DNA from: a bacterium
GTDB taxonomy: Bacteria > Bdellovibrionota_B > Oligoflexia > Oligoflexales > RGVZ01
Assembly (NCBI GenBank): GCA_043757325.1
Contig: JAYVPO010000110.1
Coordinates: forward strand, 2,386 to 66,385
Length of the DNA stretch: 64,000 bases
Direction: 5' to 3'
Both the position numbers and the translations under genes were made by a program. Numbering within the stretch: position 1 is the first letter of the stretch; each line of letters begins with the position of its first letter. The notes below the pieces were generated by a model. It searched no databases, was not told the DNA's origin, and worked only from the letters and a program-made list of their open reading frames with translations. Positions 34,143 to 43,164 of this stretch are shown here, one piece after another.

Positions 34143-34729
34143 ACGGGGTAATTTTTCATTTTAAAAACAAGCTGCTCCCTAATCGCAGCCAAGGTTTCCA
34201 TAGTGCCAATGTTTTGATGAGCAACTGCTTCAATTTCAGGCTTATTTTGCGGATTAAATATTTCGCGAAGTCTTTCTACCGGTAGATTGTGATTAAGGTC
34301 ACGCTTATTATACTGATAAACTCCAAACAAATTTGAAAGCTGCATTCCTTCATGGTTTAAAAGCCGCTTAAATTTCTCGAAAGCTTCGTTATTTTCCATA
34401 AGTGCTTCAACCCGGGCATCAATAACAAACACAAATCCATCAAGGCCTCGCAACATAAGTGAACTTGTGGTCGTTAGGGAACTGAGCTGCGGCAAAGTGT
34501 ACAGATGAAGCCGCATCTGAAAACCTTCGTAATCGTCAAGTTTTAGCGGCAGAAAATCAAAATAAAAATCACTTCCCGATCCCATATGAAGGTCGAGCAT
34601 TCCGCTTTTTAGTTCCACGGAAGTTTGCTTTAAAAGCGACCTTAGATTTGCCGACTTGCCGCTGCCTTTGGCACCAAAATAAACAACTTTTGCGTAGATC
34701 TCTTTTGTTTCAAAATTTGTAATAGCCAT
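34139..34729 (-). CDS. MglA-family Ras-like small GTPase paralogue with degenerate catalytic residues
   Basis: 196 aa, gap-free collinear with M. xanthus MglA as I recall it (IYAKVVYFGAKGSGKSANL; YFDFLPL; RLHLYTLP; VYQYNKRD; EIEAVA). Confidence 0.75.
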   Translation of the reverse strand: MAITNFETKEIYAKVVYFGAKGSGKSANLRSLLKQTSVELKSGMLDLHMGSGSDFYFDFLPLKLDDYEGFQMRLHLYTLPQLSSLTTTSSLMLRGLDGFVFVIDARVEALMENNEAFEKFKRLLNHEGMQLSNLFGVYQYNKRDLNHNLPVERLREIFNPQNKPEIEAVAHQNIGTMETLAAIREQLVFKMKNYPV

Positions 34730-34739
34730 ATCTTTAAGA

Positions 34740-36404
34740 CTACAGTGCGCTATCAGGGATGTCGATATGTTCGATTCGCGAATTAAAATTTTCTTGCATA
34801 AATTTCACAGCGGGGCTTTCGCGCAGCTTTTTTTCTAGATTATCCCGGAGTTCTTTCAAATCTTGTTCGCGACGATCTAAAATTGATGGGGCAGCCGGCG
34901 CTCGATCATCTAAAACTTTGATGTGAAGTTCACCGTCAAACAAAAAATGTTCTTTAAAAATTCCTTTAAGTTTTACTATCTCTTCATTTTTAACAAAAAC
35001 GGCACTCACAAAACTAGCTTTTTTGACCAATAGTCGGATAATTTCCTGGGAATAACACTCCACCATTAATTCTTCTAATTTCCGCGCCTGCAATGGCAAA
35101 AATTTGCGAAGTTGTAACACAAGATTTTCCCATGAATCCGGAAAACTTTTCGCCGCAGCAACAGGTTGAATCGTTTTATTAGCGATAGTAGTGGTTGGAG
35201 TAATCAACGGTGAAACTAAAACTTTTTCTGTTTTTGCCGACTCTGAACTTTGCGAAGTGTGACTTAAAGATTCTGACCAATCAGGTAGCCCCGGATCGAG
35301 ACACCATTCCACGCAGTAATTTTCTAAAATGTACCGATCCATTTCTGAACCATCAAGATCCTTTCGGCACTGCACCAAAAAGCGAAAAATTCGGTTTAAT
35401 TCTAACGTTTTTGCAGACGTGGCTAGGTCTTTATAGACTTTTATTTCGGAGTCGGTTGTGCTGATTTGGAATTTGCGAAAAGCATTTTCTCCAAGTTGTT
35501 TAAAAACAAAAGAATTGCGAAGATGGTGACAGAGGTTTTCGATCAGATCCCCAAAATCAACTCCGGTTTGCTCATATTGATCGACACAAGTAAAAATCCC
35601 TCCGGCATTTTTTGCGACCAGCGTTTGCAAAAAATCATGTAGTTTTTCGATGGAAGCCCCTGGAATAATTTCTTCGACATTTTTTCTAGTGACTTCATCT
35701 TTGGCATTAATTCCACCACCGCCTAGAGCAATAACATGATCTAAAAGTGTAAGCGCATCGCGCATCGAACCTTGGCCTTCGGTGGCAATCAACTTTAGAG
35801 CAGAGGTTTCATAAGGTATTTCTTCTTGACGTAAAATATTTTCGAGTCTTGCTTCAATCGTGTCTAACGGGATTTTTTTAAGATGAAAAACCTGACAGCG
35901 ACTCAAAATCGTTTCGGGAACTTTCTGTAGTTCCGTTGTGGCAAAAATAAATATTACGTGACTAGGCGGCTCTTCGATTGTTTTTAACAACGCATTAAAG
36001 GCACTGCCAGATAGCATATGCACTTCGTCGATCATAAAAACACGAAATTTTGAACGCTGGGTTGCAAACTGTACAGATTCGATCAGACTTCGAATATTGT
36101 CCACGCTTGTGTGTGAGGCGCCGTCGATTTCTAAAACATCTTCATGCGTTCCATTGGCAATAGCTACGCAATTTTCACAGGTACCACACGGTTCGGGTGT
36201 TGGGCCTGATATGCAGTTTAATGCCTTGGCATAGATCCGAGCTAAAGTTGTTTTACCCACACCTCTGACGCCGGTTAACATTATTGCGTGGGGTTCTCGT
36301 TGAATCGAAACCGCATGAGACAAAGCTCGCGCGGTAAGTTCTTGTCCAACCAAGTCTTTGAAAGTTTGAGGGCGGTATTTTCGCGCAAGAGAAAGATAAC
36401 TCAT
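34740..36404 (-). CDS. dnaX: DNA polymerase III subunit gamma/tau
   Basis: 554 aa with LARKYRPQTF, GVRGVGKTT, a Zn module CGTCENC, and FATTELQKVPETILSRCQ. Confidence 0.9.
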   Translation of the reverse strand: MSYLSLARKYRPQTFKDLVGQELTARALSHAVSIQREPHAIMLTGVRGVGKTTLARIYAKALNCISGPTPEPCGTCENCVAIANGTHEDVLEIDGASHTSVDNIRSLIESVQFATQRSKFRVFMIDEVHMLSGSAFNALLKTIEEPPSHVIFIFATTELQKVPETILSRCQVFHLKKIPLDTIEARLENILRQEEIPYETSALKLIATEGQGSMRDALTLLDHVIALGGGGINAKDEVTRKNVEEIIPGASIEKLHDFLQTLVAKNAGGIFTCVDQYEQTGVDFGDLIENLCHHLRNSFVFKQLGENAFRKFQISTTDSEIKVYKDLATSAKTLELNRIFRFLVQCRKDLDGSEMDRYILENYCVEWCLDPGLPDWSESLSHTSQSSESAKTEKVLVSPLITPTTTIANKTIQPVAAAKSFPDSWENLVLQLRKFLPLQARKLEELMVECYSQEIIRLLVKKASFVSAVFVKNEEIVKLKGIFKEHFLFDGELHIKVLDDRAPAAPSILDRREQDLKELRDNLEKKLRESPAVKFMQENFNSRIEHIDIPDSAL

Positions 36405-36465
36405 TGCCCACGACTTTACTGGAAATTTGCTCGATTGCGAACAACAAAGCGAACATTAAAAGGAA

Positions 36466-36560
<95 letters not shown>

Positions 36561-36711
36561 TCTGTCCATTTTTAACCATGAAATACAATTAACTTCAACT
36601 GCATTCAAGGACTTGGCCGAAACTTTGTCAATTCCCTAAATTAAACTTGATTTTTTGGCGCATCTACTTCAGACTTCCGACAGAAATCGCGTTAAACATT
36701 TAAGACTTCGT

Positions 36712-37149
36712 TTAAACAGAATGTTTAAACGATCTTATTCCAAGTCCTACGATATGCATTAGAATTGCCGCCAATGCTAAACTTAAAAATAGGCCGATAA
36801 AACCGCCTAAAAAATCGATTCCGACCTTGGGCAAACCTGATTTTGCTCTTGCGATCATCAAAGGTCCCATGGCAAATGTACCGCAGCCAAGAAAAAAACT
36901 TTGCAAAATCTGCCATTTTTTAGGCAATGCAGAAAAAGCAAATGTCAGCCCAAAACAAATATGCAAAAGCCCAAATAAATTAGTATGTCCGTGAGAACTT
37001 TTTACCAATGTGTTTCCCCAACTAAGCATTTCCATTGGCGCCCTAGCCATAGTGTCGGCGGAATCAAACGCCATCACCGCACCATATATGGCCGCAAAAA
37101 AAATCACCGTAAAACCAAAAATAATATTCCCAAATGCTATCCGACTCAT
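36712..37149 (-). CDS. hypothetical integral membrane protein (about 4 TM)
   Basis: 145 aa and hydrophobic throughout. Its start overlaps the rppH stop by 4 nt. Confidence 0.5.
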   Translation of the reverse strand: MSRIAFGNIIFGFTVIFFAAIYGAVMAFDSADTMARAPMEMLSWGNTLVKSSHGHTNLFGLLHICFGLTFAFSALPKKWQILQSFFLGCGTFAMGPLMIARAKSGLPKVGIDFLGGFIGLFLSLALAAILMHIVGLGIRSFKHSV

Positions 37150-37613
37150 TTCTTAGCTCCTTCAAGTAAACCTAATGAACTTAATCCTTGGATATAAGAT
37201 TCTTTTTTCCAATCAACAATATGATCTAAAACAAATTGCAGTGTTTCCCATTTGCAACTTTGAAATTCACCGTCGGAGTTTTTCAAATCCGGAACATTCC
37301 CGTCCTCGAATTCAGTTAAAAACCACAGCTGTGACTGGCCCGAAAAATTCCGTACGATTTTAGATTTTAAATCCGGCGGAAACAGATACTGCACAAAATC
37401 AGGCGCTTGTTTAAGAATCTTAAATTTATCACAGCCCAATTCTTCTTTCATTTCACGAAAAAGCGTTGCGATCGGAGTCTCACCTTGGTCGATGCCACCT
37501 TGGGGGAACTGCCAGGCGTTCTTTGCATCGCCCCGTTCACAAACCAAAAAAAGTCCGGTTTTGTGATTTTGGAAAACCGCCGTAACTCCTGGTCTGAATT
37601 TAAGATTTGTCAT
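37146..37613 (-). CDS. rppH: Nudix hydrolase, RNA pyrophosphohydrolase-like
   Basis: Nudix box GGIDQGETPIATLFREMKEELG. ATG 37613 is preferred (MTNLKFRPGV..). The ORF opens at TTG 37640. Confidence 0.8.
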   Translation of the reverse strand: MTNLKFRPGVTAVFQNHKTGLFLVCERGDAKNAWQFPQGGIDQGETPIATLFREMKEELGCDKFKILKQAPDFVQYLFPPDLKSKIVRNFSGQSQLWFLTEFEDGNVPDLKNSDGEFQSCKWETLQFVLDHIVDWKKESYIQGLSSLGLLEGAKK

Positions 37614-37723
37614 TTTGTGTCCAATGAAGTCAGAAGGCAAACTCTGCCCGCAGTTATATGATGCGAAGTCTCGTAAACTATAATAGAGAAACGCGAGCCA
37701 GAAAAATAGGAGACTCTAGTCCC

Positions 37724-38323
37724 ATGCAAAAAAATATTTTAATTTTAACACTGATCTGTTTGGCCACAAACGCCAGCGCTGCCACTCAGGTGTCTATTGA
37801 AGGCGATCAGGTGCGCAACAATACAGGCCTTTCCACTAAAACTTCCGGTGGAATTGGTGGCTCCATTTCACAAGATTTAGGCAGTTATTTTCGCCTCGGT
37901 TTAAAATTTCGCCAAGAAGAAGACCACGAAGTTGGATTTATGGAAGAACGCGACCAAAATGACAAAACTAAAAAGATTTACTACAAAATTGACAATCGGA
38001 TTAAAATGGGAATTACGTCCTTAAATCTTTTTATCATTTTATATAACGGTGAAGTTTTCACACCTTATGTTTTTGGCGGAGTTGCTCGAATTCAGTACGA
38101 TATTCACAAAGAAATTGATGGTTCGGTTTTTGATGACTCCTTTTACATCCCATCCCCCACAGGAGGCCTCGGAATGGCTTTTAGACTATCGCAAAGATTC
38201 TCTATAAAGTTCACTTACACTATGCGGCAAGGCATTCTCTATTCAGATCCTAATGACAAACTTACAGCCGCGAGGACTATCGATTTCACGCTCGAAGGCG
38301 GACTCCAGTATTCATTTAACTAA
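37724..38323 (+). CDS. hypothetical outer-membrane beta-barrel protein
   Basis: The internal ATG 37724 after AGGAG gives the signal peptide MQKNILILTLICLATNASA. The rest is alternating beta pattern and ends ..GGLQYSFN. Confidence 0.5.
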   Translation: MQKNILILTLICLATNASAATQVSIEGDQVRNNTGLSTKTSGGIGGSISQDLGSYFRLGLKFRQEEDHEVGFMEERDQNDKTKKIYYKIDNRIKMGITSLNLFIILYNGEVFTPYVFGGVARIQYDIHKEIDGSVFDDSFYIPSPTGGLGMAFRLSQRFSIKFTYTMRQGILYSDPNDKLTAARTIDFTLEGGLQYSFN

Positions 38324-38456
38324 ATAAATCAGAAGGATGATTTACATGGAAAACGATTCTACCAGTTACTTGATTACGATTAGTCAGACAACGAGTTTTT
38401 ACGGTTATGCTTTGTTAAGCTAAGAGAAACTTAAGGACAAAATCGGAGTAAGTACC

Positions 38457-38606
38457 ATGGCTCATAAAAAAACAAACCTTCCCGAAAAAACTTGTGTCAC
38501 ATGTAAACTTCCATTTACCTGGCGAAAGAAATGGGAGAAAAACTGGAACGAAGTAAAATACTGCAGCGACAAGTGTAGCAGGAGAAAAAACCAAATCGTC
38601 AAATAA
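38457..38606 (+). CDS. DUF2256-like small zinc-ribbon protein (49 aa)
   Basis: Below the ORF-track length cutoff. [49 protein letters not shown] matches the K.C..C...F.WRKKW...W..V.YCS..C pattern of DUF2256 (from memory). Confidence 0.7.
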   Translation: MAHKKTNLPEKTCVTCKLPFTWRKKWEKNWNEVKYCSDKCSRRKNQIVK

Positions 38607-38862
38607 ACATGATCCGACTTTTTTGATTGTCGGCCCCAGAAAGTGGAGCACCTTGCTTTAAAGACCAACCCAGAGAATCCGCGCGGGGTTTTCGACGAAG
38701 AATCCAGAGAGTTTACTAATATGCTCATACACTGTTCTATTGACAACGATCCGTCAAAAAAAATATTCCGTGGGCGATTTTTCTCAGAGATTTTGCTCGG
38801 TCTCAATGCTAGTGTTCGGGGACAGATTAGGGGGAAGATACCCTTGATACGGCTATTTGTGA

Positions 38863-40371
38863 GTGAACATCTTGTTAGTTTTATTTTTTATTTTTCTGGT
38901 AAACCTTTCGCAGGCTTCATTATGCGAAAAGTTGCTAAATCTTTACACGGGAACTTCGCGGCAAATCGACCTTCAAAAAGTTGAATCTGCGGAGGCTGTC
39001 TATCAAGATTATGCAATAGACTCGACTGATCAAAATGGAAAGCTCATAACGTCGTACAAGCCTTTGCCCGAAAATCTCAAGCCAAAATCACCGGAACAAA
39101 ATCTCGCATTGGTGACGGTACTGGCAAATGCGGGTGGTAGAAAAAACTTGGATTTAAGTGTGATCTTTTCGAAATCTGAACAAGACACAAGTAGACAAAA
39201 ACGCCTGCAAAATAGACTTATTTTTACTTTAAATGAACTTTATTTCGCACCAGGTGTGAAAGTCTCGTGGGACCCCCAGGGCTTTCGCGGCCTAAGACTA
39301 ATAAGTGGAATCTTACCTTGGATTCGGATTTCAATTTCTGGAAAACCAAAAATAACCGCACTTGTAGACGTATTTAACTCACTTTATAAAATAAATCTTG
39401 CGACAAAAGCCCTGTTAGATGAACGAGCAGAAATTCCAGTCTCTCGCATGGGCGGCATAAAAGCCCTACTAAAAGCCACATTTACACAAAATAACGAAGA
39501 ATTTATTAGTGCGCGTATTGAAAAAGAATTGTGGTTACAAAATTTGGCTGACGGCATGGAAAAACTTGATCAAATTACACCGAAGCAGGCAAAAATTCTA
39601 AAGAATCAATTTGGCCACAAGACTTATTTTCCGTATGCGAGAAACACTTTAAAGATTCTTTTCTCAGCAGTCGTAAGTTGGGCAAACTATGATTTGACCG
39701 GGGTTCCGATCCCATTTATCTATTACCTACGACTTACCGAACGTCGAAATATTCCAAAAGAAGTGCTGAACCAGGCGGGAATTTTGCCGCCGAAACAAAT
39801 TTTAAAACTCGCGGCGCCGCATTTAGATTATGATTTTGTCACCTTTGCGGATCGGATCATGCTGGTTTCTCGAAAGACTTTATCGAATATCTTTATCGCC
39901 ATGGCAGGATTTGCGATGCTGGATTTTGCAAGTCACGCGGATGTTATAATCGACGGCACTCGTTTTGGCTCCCAAGGTGCTGTCTCAACCCATGAATCAC
40001 GCGCTAGTCAAGAACGCGAGTCATTTAATTTAGACGCCATAAGGGCCGAACAGGTTATGCAAGTTAAGAAAGGATTTTTAGCCGGTCAGCGAATTAGTAA
40101 AACCGATTACGATGCTATTTTAATCAAGCTTCTTGTTGTAGATCAAAAACTTATTGAGATTTCAAACACTGATCCGTTCCCATTAAAAATTCCACCTAAA
40201 CATAAAAACGCATTTTTTAAAGCATGGACAGAAAAACATTCCGAAGAGATCTCAAAACTGCAAGATGACTTGCAACTTCCGTGGTTAAAACTTTATGCCA
40301 GAAGTTTTCTGGAATCTTACCATTATAATTATTTCGAATTAACTGAAAAAGACTTTAGACTTTATCCTTAA
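38863..40371 (+). CDS. hypothetical secreted/membrane protein
   Basis: 502 aa with a GTG start and signal-like MNILLVLFFIFLVNLSQAS. No family recognised. Confidence 0.45.
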   Translation: MNILLVLFFIFLVNLSQASLCEKLLNLYTGTSRQIDLQKVESAEAVYQDYAIDSTDQNGKLITSYKPLPENLKPKSPEQNLALVTVLANAGGRKNLDLSVIFSKSEQDTSRQKRLQNRLIFTLNELYFAPGVKVSWDPQGFRGLRLISGILPWIRISISGKPKITALVDVFNSLYKINLATKALLDERAEIPVSRMGGIKALLKATFTQNNEEFISARIEKELWLQNLADGMEKLDQITPKQAKILKNQFGHKTYFPYARNTLKILFSAVVSWANYDLTGVPIPFIYYLRLTERRNIPKEVLNQAGILPPKQILKLAAPHLDYDFVTFADRIMLVSRKTLSNIFIAMAGFAMLDFASHADVIIDGTRFGSQGAVSTHESRASQERESFNLDAIRAEQVMQVKKGFLAGQRISKTDYDAILIKLLVVDQKLIEISNTDPFPLKIPPKHKNAFFKAWTEKHSEEISKLQDDLQLPWLKLYARSFLESYHYNYFELTEKDFRLYP

Positions 40372-40382
40372 AACTAGGCCCA

Positions 40383-41783
40383 TTAATAGGCATTTTTATT
40401 AATAAACCCCTTCAAAACAGTCTGAGTTAAAATTTTTAAATCAAAGACTAGCGACCAGTGCTGAATGTAGTAAAGATCACATTCAATGCGTGCTTGAATC
40501 GACGTGTCGCCACGCCATCCGTTGACCTGTGCCCAGCCTGTAATCCCAGATTTGACTTTGTGCCGAATCATATAGCCTGGAATCTCGTGTTTAAATTTTT
40601 CCACAAATACAGGTCTCTCAGGCCGTGGACCAACGAGGCTCATTTCACCTTTTAAAACGTTATAAAATTGCGGCAATTCATCAAGACTTGTTCTGCGAAT
40701 GATTTTTCCAATCCAAGTGGCGCGGCTATCTTGAGGATTCGAGAACACAGCACCTGTGCCACTTTCCGCGTCTAAGGGCATGGAACGAAATTTCAACATT
40801 TGGAATGTTTTTCCATCTAAACCCATTCTTTCTTGCCGAAATAAAACAGGTCCTGGCGAAGATAATTTTACCAAAATTGCAATGAATAAAAATACCGGCG
40901 CAAAAATTACAATCGCAACTGCCGAGCCGATAATATCCATCAATCTTTTGGCAAGCGATCCGAGGCCAGCCAAAGGACTTTCATGGATAACAATAACCGG
41001 AGTTCCTGAGATCATTTCCATAGAGGAAGAGAATTTTCTAAAATGCTCCAAATCTGGAATCAACTTCACATCGACTATTAAATTTGCGATCTCTGTTATA
41101 TCTTTTGCAAATTTATCGACCAATTCGCCGTTTAAACTAAAAATTACGGTTTGAGTGGGATTAACATCAAAAAATGCCGACCAAGTTTGTGGCCGAGTTA
41201 ACAGAGTAATCTTTTTTTCCTTTAAGATTTCAACACTTTCAGGGTCGACTTCTTCTAGTAACACAACCCCACAAATATCGGCGCGGGCGATCTCACCTAA
41301 AAGTCTTAACTGCAAAGCTTTTTTTAGGCCTTTTTTCGAGGAAATAATCAATGTCGTCCGGGCGGTTGCTCGGTTGCGATACCAGCGCAAGAGCTTACGA
41401 ATAATGCTTCTTCCAGCCATAATTGCGAACGGATGCACCGCGGCAAAAATTAAAATCAATGCTCTTGAATAGCGAAATTCCGCATAGAAATAGGTAAAAG
41501 ACAAAAAAACCAACAGCCCCACAAACGAACCACGAATAATTTGACTGCCTTCAAGCAAAGCCGAACGGTTTTGAGCTGTGCGATTATAATAACCAAGTGA
41601 CATAAATACAAAAAACCAAATCACACAGATAAACGGCAAGAGCTTGGCGTACGCAACATACCCGACGTTTCCTTTTGGAGCATCAAGATACGCAAACCGA
41701 ATAAAATAGGTAACGATCCAAGCGACAGAAATGCATACCTGGTCACTGATAATTCGAATTGCCGTTAGTGAGTCTCTATTCAT
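40383..41783 (-). CDS. undecaprenyl-phosphate sugar phosphotransferase (WcaJ/WbaP-type priming enzyme)
   Basis: 466 aa with N-terminal TM helices. The C-terminal bacterial sugar transferase domain is recognisable (..KFRSM..DELPQ..NVLKGEMSLVGPRP..). Confidence 0.85.
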   Translation of the reverse strand: MNRDSLTAIRIISDQVCISVAWIVTYFIRFAYLDAPKGNVGYVAYAKLLPFICVIWFFVFMSLGYYNRTAQNRSALLEGSQIIRGSFVGLLVFLSFTYFYAEFRYSRALILIFAAVHPFAIMAGRSIIRKLLRWYRNRATARTTLIISSKKGLKKALQLRLLGEIARADICGVVLLEEVDPESVEILKEKKITLLTRPQTWSAFFDVNPTQTVIFSLNGELVDKFAKDITEIANLIVDVKLIPDLEHFRKFSSSMEMISGTPVIVIHESPLAGLGSLAKRLMDIIGSAVAIVIFAPVFLFIAILVKLSSPGPVLFRQERMGLDGKTFQMLKFRSMPLDAESGTGAVFSNPQDSRATWIGKIIRRTSLDELPQFYNVLKGEMSLVGPRPERPVFVEKFKHEIPGYMIRHKVKSGITGWAQVNGWRGDTSIQARIECDLYYIQHWSLVFDLKILTQTVLKGFINKNAY

Positions 41784-42919
41784 TGGTTGTCCAAAGAACG
41801 CACTATTTCTTTAAACCTTTGCTGAAAAGCAAGCTTCGAGAATTTTTTGGCTGAGTTTTGAATCTCTGACCGAGACCAATCAAGGGTCTCAAAGTTTTTA
41901 ACCGCATGAACACACGAGTCGATATGGTCGGGCTCAAAAAAAACACCATTTTTAAATTCTTCAATATAATCCAATGCGCCACCTGCGCGGGCCGCAATGA
42001 CCGGTGTTCCTAGAGCGAGGCTTTCCACAGCCGATAGCCCAAAATCTTCCACGCCCGTAAATAGCAAAGCTTTGGCCTCACCTATTAGAGTCATTAGATC
42101 ATCATCACTCGGAGAATGGACAAACTGAACCCGCGGATCTGCAAGTTTGCGCATTTTTTTTTCTTCTGGGCCACTGCCTGCAACAATGAGCCTGCGATCT
42201 AAGCGCCGGCAAGTTTCTATGGCAATATCAAATCGCTTGTACGGAACCCACGCTCCGAATGCCAGGTAGTAATCTTTTTTTACAAAATTAGATTGTCTAA
42301 AAAAGCGCTCTTCTAAAGGTGGATAAAGAACTTCACTGTCGCGGCGATAAAATCTTTGAATGCGCGACTGGACAAACGTTGAATTCGCAATTAAAAAATC
42401 CACTCGCGACGTGGCTACCACGTCCCAAATGCGAAGGCGCGACAAGAAGAAATCAATCAACATCCGAATCGGTAATTTTTCAAAAATCGACCGGGTAAAA
42501 TAATGTTTTTTCTGGTCCCAAGCGTAACGCATGGGCGAATGCACGTAAGAAATATGCTTGGCTTCTGGGTGAGGAATGACCCCTTTTGCGACACAAGACG
42601 ATGTGCTAATAACCAGATCGAATTCCGACAGATCAAAAGATTCCACGAGAGAGGGCAAAAACGGCAATAATATTTTTCTTAGCGCACCTAGGCGCTGGAG
42701 TCCAGCTGGCACGTGAATCTTTCTTCGTAAAAAGCTATCGGGAAATTTTGCAGAATTATAAAAAAGCGTAAAAATAGGAGCATCCGGAAAGAGTTCAAAG
42801 AGCGCCTCGAGAACTTTTTCGCCGCCTCGATAGGTCACGAGCCAATCATGTGCAAAAGCTACGCGTACCGGTGGCTTTTTATTCAGGGGTTTGTCTTTAT
42901 CGATTTCAGTTGAGGTCAT
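41780..42919 (-). CDS. glycosyltransferase family 4
   Basis: GT-B pattern ..EDFGLSAVESLALGTPVIAARAGGALDYI... ATG 42919 (MTSTEID) is preferred over TTG 42931. It overlaps the downstream transferase by 4 nt. Confidence 0.8.
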   Translation of the reverse strand: MTSTEIDKDKPLNKKPPVRVAFAHDWLVTYRGGEKVLEALFELFPDAPIFTLFYNSAKFPDSFLRRKIHVPAGLQRLGALRKILLPFLPSLVESFDLSEFDLVISTSSCVAKGVIPHPEAKHISYVHSPMRYAWDQKKHYFTRSIFEKLPIRMLIDFFLSRLRIWDVVATSRVDFLIANSTFVQSRIQRFYRRDSEVLYPPLEERFFRQSNFVKKDYYLAFGAWVPYKRFDIAIETCRRLDRRLIVAGSGPEEKKMRKLADPRVQFVHSPSDDDLMTLIGEAKALLFTGVEDFGLSAVESLALGTPVIAARAGGALDYIEEFKNGVFFEPDHIDSCVHAVKNFETLDWSRSEIQNSAKKFSKLAFQQRFKEIVRSLDNQ

Positions 42920-43164
42920 AAAAAAAACCAAACTACGAAATTGAAGTTATTTTTCCAATTGATAATGAAAGTTATCATGCCTCGCGCCGTTGTTCCTACC
43001 AAAAAATGCGCACTGGTGATTTGCTAGAGGGGAATCCATCTTGATATGATCAATAGTAAGAACCAACAAAGTTTAACGTTTTTTAATAAATGCGAGAACA
43101 GACCGCTAAGAATTTCTTTTGAAGAAATGAACGACCGAAAACCTAAGGTGTGAAAAAAGACTAA

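Noticed and set aside
34827-34835. An in-phase A_AAA_AAG heptamer in dnaX (GAA AAA AAG on the minus strand), identical to the E. coli dnaX frameshift site.
   Set aside because: It lies at about codon 524-526 of 554. A -1 shift would only swap the last ~28 residues for about 15 others, not produce a gamma-like truncation. No downstream stem-loop was noticed, so the match is probably coincidental.
36691-36730. Three copies of G(T)TTAAAC (36691, 36710, 36723). The last two can form an 8-bp hairpin.
   Set aside because: GTTTAAAC is itself a palindrome and the stem is pure AT-rich. It overlaps the last codons of the 36712 gene and has no T-tract in the right orientation, so there is not enough evidence to call a terminator or operator.
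38415-38984. ORFs 38415..38651(-), 38462..38806(-) and 38643..38984(+) in the gap before the 38863 gene.
   Set aside because: They overlap one another and the better-supported DUF2256 gene or the start of the 38863 gene. Their composition is low-complexity and no motifs are present.
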